Source: an uncultured Thermoleophilia bacterium
Lineage (GTDB): Bacteria > Actinomycetota > Thermoleophilia > UBA2241
Direction: 5' to 3'
Length of the DNA stretch: 64,000 nt
NCBI GenBank assembly: GCA_963765635.1
Contig: CAVXXF010000002.1
Location: forward strand, 210,363 to 274,362
Under the pieces are notes generated by a model. That model did not search any database. It worked only from the letters and a program-made list of their open reading frames with translations, and was not told where the DNA came from. Position 1 is the stretch's first letter; the number at the start of each line of letters is the position of its first letter. Below are positions 58,210 through 64,000 of the stretch, one piece after another. A program made the position numbers and the translations under genes.

Positions 58210-58225
58210 GCTGGGGGGCCGTGAG

Positions 58226-59779
58226 ATGAGCGAGAAGAAGAGAGTCATCGTTCTCGAGGAGCTTGCTCCCGAGGGCATCGACCTTCTTCGCGGCGAAGGC
58301 CTCGCGGTCGACGTCGGCATAGGCTGGGACGACGACGAGCTTCTCATCAGGATCCCCGGATGCCACGGTCTGATCGTCGGCCCGGCGCATGGCGTCACGG
58401 CGGACATGCTCCGGGCCGGCGGCGACCTTCAGGTGGTGGGTCGCACCGGGCTGAGCGTGGCCGACATCGACGTCGCCGAGGCGACCAGGCGCGGCGTCGT
58501 CGTGGTCCACACTCCGCAGAGCAACGCGATCTCCGCGGCTGAGCAGGCGCTGGCGCTCGTGCTGGCGTGCGCGCGCGACCTGGCGGGTACGCACGCCGAC
58601 CTTCGCGCCGGCCGCTGGGAGCCGGATGCCTGGGCGCGGTCTGGCGTCGAGGTGCGGGGCCGGACGCTCGGTATCGTGGGGCCCGGACACGTCGCGCTGC
58701 TGCTCAGCGAAGCCGCTTCAGCCTTGGGCATGAACGTGCTGACGGCGGCCGACGATTCCGAGCGCCTCTACGCCGAAGCCGATTTCATCCTGGTGGATCT
58801 GCCCGGCGACCCGCAGCCTGGGGAGCTCGTCGGTGAGGCCGAGTTCGCACTCATGAAGGACGGTGTGCGGGTCATCAGTCTGGCGCCGGCGGGCGTCGTC
58901 GACCCGGCGGCATGGGCGGCCGCTATCGCCGGAGGCAAGGTGGCGGCCTCGGCCGCCGCGGTGCACGCCGGCGATCCGCCGCTCAGCGGCCCTCTCGCGA
59001 CGCATGACCGCCTACTTCTCGCGCCCCACCTTGAAGAGTCGACCCTCGATGCACGACTGCGCGCGGGCCTCATGATCGCCGAGCAGGTCGCCGCCGTGCT
59101 GCGCGGCGAGTTCGCCAGCAATGCCGTCAACGTGCCGGTCACGCTGGTCGACGACGCCGACGAGCTCATGCCGTATCTGGGTCTGTGCGCCCAGCTGGGG
59201 CGGTTGCTCGTGGGTCTCGCCGGCGGCTCAGTCGAAGAGGTCGAGATCAGCTACGGCGGCAGCTTCGCCTTCTTCGACACGCGGATCCTCACGCTCGGCG
59301 TGCTTGGCGGCGTGCTCGCCGACCAGGTGGAGGGCCGCGTCAACTACGTCAACGTCCAGTCCATCGCGGAGGCGCGGGGTGTGAGCGCCCGCGAGACGAA
59401 GCAGTCGGACCTTCCCGACTTCCCGCGGCTCATCACGGTGTCGACGCGCGGTCCTCAGGGCCTCGTGTCGGTCTCGGGCACCTCACTTGGTCCGGAGCAC
59501 AAAGCGCGACTCGTGAGGGTCTTCGGCGAAGACATCGATATCGATCCGGCGCCGCACATGCTGTTCCTGCGGTACGTCGACGCACCGGGCGTGGGCGGTG
59601 CGGTCGGCACCATGCTCGGGCAGTGGGGGATCAACATCCGCCACATGTCTGTCGGTCGTGGTACGGCTCAGCGAGAGTCGGTCATGGCCCTCACCCTCGA
59701 CGAGCCGCTCGACGCGGATCAGCTCGAGCAGCTTGTCGCGCGCTGCGGGCTGGCGTTCGGCAAGGGCGTCGAGCTGTAG
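58226..59779 (+). CDS. SerA-like paralog (D-3-phosphoglycerate dehydrogenase architecture with ASB and ACT domains) lacking the NAD-binding and catalytic signatures; probable pseudo-enzyme
   Basis: Aligned to the bona fide serA at 61309. GLGRIG -> GPGHVA. A ~20-aa deletion removes the AYDP NAD-Asp segment. Catalytic VARGGIID -> LAPAGVVD. AVDVYPKEP -> AAAVHAGDP. Flanking segments and the C-terminal ASB/ACT half are well conserved (e.g. RILTLGVLGGVLADQVEGRVNYVNVQSIAEARG). Confidence 0.7.
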   Translation: MSEKKRVIVLEELAPEGIDLLRGEGLAVDVGIGWDDDELLIRIPGCHGLIVGPAHGVTADMLRAGGDLQVVGRTGLSVADIDVAEATRRGVVVVHTPQSNAISAAEQALALVLACARDLAGTHADLRAGRWEPDAWARSGVEVRGRTLGIVGPGHVALLLSEAASALGMNVLTAADDSERLYAEADFILVDLPGDPQPGELVGEAEFALMKDGVRVISLAPAGVVDPAAWAAAIAGGKVAASAAAVHAGDPPLSGPLATHDRLLLAPHLEESTLDARLRAGLMIAEQVAAVLRGEFASNAVNVPVTLVDDADELMPYLGLCAQLGRLLVGLAGGSVEEVEISYGGSFAFFDTRILTLGVLGGVLADQVEGRVNYVNVQSIAEARGVSARETKQSDLPDFPRLITVSTRGPQGLVSVSGTSLGPEHKARLVRVFGEDIDIDPAPHMLFLRYVDAPGVGGAVGTMLGQWGINIRHMSVGRGTAQRESVMALTLDEPLDADQLEQLVARCGLAFGKGVEL

Positions 59780-59884
59780 GGGCCGCGCTCACCGGGACCC
59801 TGGCGCTTGTGCATCTGGACACAAGGCGTGGCCCTGAGCTATCATGTCCGCCATGCGAGACTCGACACATCGCCCGTCGTGACG

Positions 59885-59927
59885 GCTGGAGCGGGCGGGG
59901 CGGATCTACCGCCCCGCCCGCTCCAGC
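59885..59927. other. Perfect 19-bp-arm inverted repeat (gctggagcgggcggggcgg-atcta-ccgccccgcccgctccagc); strong stem-loop after serA', candidate factor-independent terminator or REP-like element
   Basis: Read directly from the sequence. No T-tract follows. Confidence 0.5.
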
Positions 59928-60133
59928 CGGCTCCCGCATCTAACCGTGACGCTCCACTCTTTCTCAGGGCCGTGCGGCTGCAGCCGCGCCTGATCATCCC
60001 CCGATCGTCCGTCTGACGTCCAACAGTTGTGAGGGCCGCCGCCGATTGGCTACGATGGCGACTTCGCCCACTCACTCGCTCACTCCGCGGCCCTCTGCGC
60101 CCCGGCCCCGAACCGCCCGGAAAGGACACTCCG

Positions 60134-61294
60134 ATGCAGAAGCGTTTCCTCATCACTCCCGGCCCCACGCCTGTGCCGCCAGAGGTGCTCTCGGCCCTGG
60201 CCGAACCGGTCATCCACCACCGCGCGCCGCGCTTCACCGAGATCCTCACGCAGGTCGTCGCGGGCATGAAGTACATCTACCAGACCGAGAACGACATCAT
60301 GGTGTACGCCGCCAGCGGCACCGGCGCCATGGAGGGCGCGGTCGTCAATGTCGTGAACCCGGGCGACCACGTCCTGGTCGCCTCCATCGGCAACTTCGGC
60401 GAGCGCTGGAAGAAGCTGAACGCCACGTGGGGCGCCGAGGTCACCGTGCTCGACTACGCGTGGGGCACCAAGGCCGACCCGGCCGACATCGAGAAGGCGC
60501 TGGCCGCCGACCCGGCGATCAAGGCCGTTTTCGTGCAGCACAGCGAGACGTCCACCGGCGTCGTCAACGACATCGAGGCGCTCGGCGCGATCGTCGCCAG
60601 GACGCCGGCGATCCTCGTCGTCGACGCGATCAGCGGCCTCGGCGCCAGCGATCTCAAGACCGACGCGTGGCACGTGGACATCTGCGTGGCCGGCTCCCAG
60701 AAGGCCCTGATGGTGCCGCCGGGCCTCGCCTACGCCGCCGTCAGCGAAAAGGCCTGGGCCGTCATCGACCAGTGCAAGACCCCACGCTTCTACTTTGACT
60801 TCGTCGCCATGCGCAAGAAGATGACCGGCGACTCCGCGCAGACGCCGTACACGCCGGCCGTGAACCTCATGGTCGCGCAGAACGCCGCCATCGACCTGAT
60901 CAAGGAAGAGGGCCTCCAGAACGTGTTCGAGCGGCATCGCGTGCTCGGCAAGGCCGCCCGCGAGGGCGTCAAGGCGCTCGGCCTCGAGCTGTTCGCGGTC
61001 GAGGATCCGGAGGCCAACTCCGTGACCGCCGTCAAGGTGCCGGAGGGCGTCGACGGCGGCAAGATCGGTAAGATCGCCCGCGACAAATGGGGCGTATGGC
61101 TCGCCGGCGGCCAGGGCGCCGTCAAGGGCAAGATCTTCCGCTTCGGCCACTGTGGCTACTTCGGCCACAGCGACATCATCGTCGGGCTCACCACGGTCGA
61201 GATGGTGCTGGCCGAGCTGGGCTACGACGTCAAGTTCGGCGCCTCCGCGGCCGCCGCCGAAAAGGTGTTCATGCAGAGCACCGTGCAGCTCTGA
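60134..61294 (+). CDS. Class-V PLP aminotransferase (serine-pyruvate / phosphoserine aminotransferase family), likely the SerC-equivalent
   Basis: MQKRFLITPGPTPVPPEVL.... Class-V fold pattern with SQKALMVPPGLA (PLP Lys). Located between the two serA homologs. Confidence 0.75.
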   Translation: MQKRFLITPGPTPVPPEVLSALAEPVIHHRAPRFTEILTQVVAGMKYIYQTENDIMVYAASGTGAMEGAVVNVVNPGDHVLVASIGNFGERWKKLNATWGAEVTVLDYAWGTKADPADIEKALAADPAIKAVFVQHSETSTGVVNDIEALGAIVARTPAILVVDAISGLGASDLKTDAWHVDICVAGSQKALMVPPGLAYAAVSEKAWAVIDQCKTPRFYFDFVAMRKKMTGDSAQTPYTPAVNLMVAQNAAIDLIKEEGLQNVFERHRVLGKAAREGVKALGLELFAVEDPEANSVTAVKVPEGVDGGKIGKIARDKWGVWLAGGQGAVKGKIFRFGHCGYFGHSDIIVGLTTVEMVLAELGYDVKFGASAAAAEKVFMQSTVQL

Positions 61295-61308
61295 AGGGGG
61301 CGACCGAG

Positions 61309-62910
61309 ATGATCGACAAGAAGAAGGTCCTGATCAAGGAGAAGCTCGCCCCCGAGGGCATCTCGTACCTCGAAGAGCAGGGTTTCCAGGTGGACGTGGG
61401 CACGGACTGGGATGCGGACGAGCTCCTTGCCCGCATCCCCGAGTACAACGGCATCATCATCCGCTCCGCCACCAAGGTGACGGCGGACGTCATCGCGGCC
61501 GGCGCGAAGCTCCAGGTGGTGGGCCGCGCCGGCGTCGGCGTCGACAACGTCGACGTCGCCGCGGCGACCAAGCGCGGCGTCATCGTCGTCAACGCGCCGC
61601 AGAGCAACGTGCTCTCTGCCGCCGAGCATACGGTGGCTCTGATCATGGCCACTGCGCGCAACATCCCGCAGGCCCACGCCGACCTCAAGGACGGCCGCTG
61701 GGAGAAGGGCAAGTGGGGCAAGGGCGGCGTGGAGCTGCGCGGCAAGACGCTCGGCATCCTCGGCCTGGGGCGCATTGGCTTTCTGGTCGCCGAGGACGCT
61801 CGCGGTCTCGGCATGGACGTGCTCGCCTACGACCCGTTCGTGCCCGCCGAGAAGTTCCACGAGCTCGGCCTCAAGCGCGCCGACAACCCCGACAAGATCT
61901 ACCGCGAGGCCGATTTCATCACCGTACACCTGCCGAAGAACGCCGAGACCCTCGGCTTCATCGGCGACGAGGAGTTCGCCAAGATGAAGGACGGCGTGCG
62001 CGTGGTCAACGTCGCCCGCGGCGGTATCATCGACGAGGACGCCTGGGCGCGCGCCATCGAAAACGGTAAGGTCGCCGTCTCCGCGGTCGACGTGTACCCC
62101 AAGGAGCCCACCACCGAGAGCCCCTTGTTCAAGTACGACAGCGTCATCGCCACGCCGCATCTCGGGGCCAGCACCGTGGAAGCTCAGCTGCGCGCCGGCA
62201 CGATCATCGCCGAGCAGGTGGCGGCGGTGCTCAACGGCGAGTTCGCCAGCAACGCCGTGAACATCCCGCTGGCGCCCGGCGAGGACGCCGACGAGCTGAT
62301 GCCGTTCCTTGGGCTCTGCAAGCAGCTCGGCAAGCTCGTGGTGCAGCTCGCCGAGGGCCCGGTCGACGCCTTCGAGATCGGCTACGGCGGCGGCATCGCC
62401 CGCTACGACACCCGCATCCTCACGCTCGGCGTGCTGCAGGGGGTGCTCGCCGACAAGGTGGACGGGCCGGTGAACTTCGTCAACGTGCAGAACATCGCCG
62501 AGGAGCGCGGCATCACCGCCAAGGAGACCAAGCAGCCGGCGGCTATCGACTTCCTCAACCTCATCACGGTGACGACCCGCGACGCGCAGGGCGAGCTCTC
62601 GGTGTCCGGGACGACCCTGGGCCCGAAGCATCGGCCGCGCCTGGTCAGGGTGTACCGGCAGGACGTCGACATCGAGCCGGCGCCGCACATGGTCTTTCTG
62701 CGCTACTCGGACGTGCCCGGCATGATCGGCCGCATCGGCACCAAAGTCGGCGAGTTCGGCATCAACATCGGCCAGATGGGCGTGGGGCGCGATCTCAAGG
62801 AGCACGAAGCCATGATGGGCCTCACGCTCGACGAGTCCCTCACCGCCGACCAGCTCGCCGATCTCGTGGCGAGCTGCGATCTGCTCGGCGGCCGGCGGGT
62901 GGAGCTCTAG
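61309..62910 (+). CDS. serA: D-3-phosphoglycerate dehydrogenase (long form with ASB and ACT domains)
   Basis: GKTLGILGLGRIGFLVA; catalytic R (VARGGIID), E and H (TPHLGAST); ACT domain at the C-terminus. Confidence 0.9.
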   Translation: MIDKKKVLIKEKLAPEGISYLEEQGFQVDVGTDWDADELLARIPEYNGIIIRSATKVTADVIAAGAKLQVVGRAGVGVDNVDVAAATKRGVIVVNAPQSNVLSAAEHTVALIMATARNIPQAHADLKDGRWEKGKWGKGGVELRGKTLGILGLGRIGFLVAEDARGLGMDVLAYDPFVPAEKFHELGLKRADNPDKIYREADFITVHLPKNAETLGFIGDEEFAKMKDGVRVVNVARGGIIDEDAWARAIENGKVAVSAVDVYPKEPTTESPLFKYDSVIATPHLGASTVEAQLRAGTIIAEQVAAVLNGEFASNAVNIPLAPGEDADELMPFLGLCKQLGKLVVQLAEGPVDAFEIGYGGGIARYDTRILTLGVLQGVLADKVDGPVNFVNVQNIAEERGITAKETKQPAAIDFLNLITVTTRDAQGELSVSGTTLGPKHRPRLVRVYRQDVDIEPAPHMVFLRYSDVPGMIGRIGTKVGEFGINIGQMGVGRDLKEHEAMMGLTLDESLTADQLADLVASCDLLGGRRVEL

Positions 62911-62912
62911 CT

Positions 62913-64000
62913 TCAGCCGCCGTTGAACACGACCCGCAGGCGGGCGCTGCGGGAGACGCCCGCCTCGTGGTCGCTGTGCGCCGGGAGCAGCGTGCGGAAC
63001 AGGTAGGTGGCCGCGCGCAGCGGCAGCGGCCAAGAGACGCGGTAGCGGGAGCGGCCGTCGAGCGAGCCGCCGGCCACCGTGCGCCAGGAACCGCCGCTGC
63101 GCCGCTGCACGAGCACCCGGCTGCCCGGGTGGGCCGGTTTGACGGCCCCCGAGAAGATCTCGACGTATCCGCTGCCGGCCCGGCGGCTGGCGAGCGCGAT
63201 CGAGACCTGGGGCGCCACCGTGAGGTCGCGGAACGCCTCGCTGACGATGCTTTCGCCGGCTGGGCCCGTGGCCGCGGCGGTCCACACAACGGTGGCGTCG
63301 GGGGCGATCGTCGCTCGGTAGAAACCGTTGCCGTCGGTGGTCGCCGTCGCCGCCGTCTTCTTGACGCCGCCGGCGCTGGCCCAGCGGATCTCGACGCAGC
63401 GTTCGGCGAGCGGGCCTCCGGCGGCCGTGAGGTACCCGGAAACGCCGACCTTCTCTCCGTAGGTGATCTGGGAGGCGCGGGGGCGTAAGGTGAGCGCCGC
63501 GCCCGCTTCGCCCAGCCGCCAGAGCCGGGCGCCGGGGCCCATACCGAGGGCGTACTCGCCGCCGGCTTGGTCGGGAGCGATGGCCTCTAAGGCTGCCGGG
63601 ATGGGGCTCAGGGCGGGGTTCGACCAGGCGCCGAGATAGGTCATCCGCGCCACGCCGGCGGAGGTTCTGCCGTCGCCGTAGGCGACGGCGAGGTCGCCGG
63701 CGCTGTTCCACGAGACGCCGTCCACGCTGGGGTCGGCCAGGCCGAGGCGCAAGGCGCTGCCGCCGGGATCGCCCACGAGGCTGCCATCCTCGGCGATGTG
63801 CTGTACGCGCAGGCCATCGCCGGACGTGCCCGCGAGGTAGCAGCCGCCCCAGGCATCGTCGGCGAGCGTCGTCTCACCGCTCACGCTCACGGCGGCAGGT
63901 CGCAGCCACAGGCGGTCTCCGGCGGCGGCGAAGCGCTGCACCTTGAGCGCGCCGCCTTCGCGCCATGCCATCGTCGCGCTCGACGCCGCGACGATGCCCA
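62913..64000 (-). CDS. Hypothetical secreted/beta-rich protein; N-terminus lies beyond the window end
   Basis: Minus-strand ORF running off the 3-prime edge of the window. Gly/Ser/Thr-rich beta-strand-like composition. No motif identified. Confidence 0.4.
   Translation of the reverse strand, partial: GIVAASSATMAWREGGALKVQRFAAAGDRLWLRPAAVSVSGETTLADDAWGGCYLAGTSGDGLRVQHIAEDGSLVGDPGGSALRLGLADPSVDGVSWNSAGDLAVAYGDGRTSAGVARMTYLGAWSNPALSPIPAALEAIAPDQAGGEYALGMGPGARLWRLGEAGAALTLRPRASQITYGEKVGVSGYLTAAGGPLAERCVEIRWASAGGVKKTAATATTDGNGFYRATIAPDATVVWTAAATGPAGESIVSEAFRDLTVAPQVSIALASRRAGSGYVEIFSGAVKPAHPGSRVLVQRRSGGSWRTVAGGSLDGRSRYRVSWPLPLRAATYLFRTLLPAHSDHEAGVSRSARLRVVFNGG

Overview
This 64-kb window is a high-GC (about 67-69 %) bacterial chromosomal segment. 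It reads as Actinobacteria-like: guaB3-guaA, an ilvD-ilvBN...ilvC-serA backbone, Lys/Ala/Pro-rich protein tails, many GTG/TTG starts and ATGA/GTGA gene overlaps. All calls come from reading the six-frame track and the sequence by eye; no database search was run. The long Arg/His/Asp-rich ORFs in the track are high-GC wrong-frame artefacts and are ignored.

Content, left to right:
- 1-2.5 kb: an NRAMP-family cation transporter (truncated by the window edge) next to a soluble MgtE_N+CBS protein.
- 2.8-7.9 kb: a PfkB sugar kinase, a signal-anchored hypothetical protein, guaB3 (apparently frameshifted) and guaA.
- 7.9-10.1 kb: two nucleotidyltransferase(MNT)/HEPN toxin-antitoxin pairs flanking a 6-TM membrane protein.
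- 10-12.7 kb: a transglutaminase-like protein, threonine aldolase and a GNAT acetyltransferase.
- 12.9-22.2 kb: a catabolic island. It holds an Lrp regulator, an unknown 432-aa protein, an MttB-superfamily methyltransferase and a class-III aminotransferase. On the opposite strand is a complete 4-hydroxybutyrate-to-crotonyl-CoA operon (Fe-ADH, AbfT, a small 4-Cys protein, AbfD).
- 22.5-24.4 kb: gdhA and a P-II protein.
- 25-31.2 kb: three paralogous secreted Ig-like/IPT-repeat surface proteins; the first is badly pseudogenized.
- 31.2-31.9 kb: a third HEPN/MNT pair.
- 32-33.9 kb: an ABC exporter broken by at least three frameshifts, one of them a 10-bp tandem duplication.
- 33.9-48.3 kb: a polysaccharide biosynthesis locus. 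It contains a tandem family of GT2/GT2-GT4 glycosyltransferases (the middle copy shattered), the FnlA/FnlC/FnlB UDP-L-FucNAc-type trio, a low-GC ParE-type TA insertion, a GT4, a WbaP-like priming transferase and a Wzy/O-antigen-ligase-like protein with TPR domain.
- 48.4-49.1 kb: trxA and a DUF302 protein.
- 49.4-62.9 kb: an ilvD-ilvB-ilvN-[trpB, MBL lipoprotein, LtrA, DUF3465]-ilvC-serA'-aminotransferase-serA cluster. serA' is a catalytically degenerate SerA paralog.
- 62.9-64 kb: a partial secreted protein.

No rRNA, tRNA, CRISPR or transposase was recognised.

There are many apparent frameshifts, concentrated in duplicated gene families but also present in a few single-copy genes. Both real gene decay and long-read polishing errors are possible explanations.
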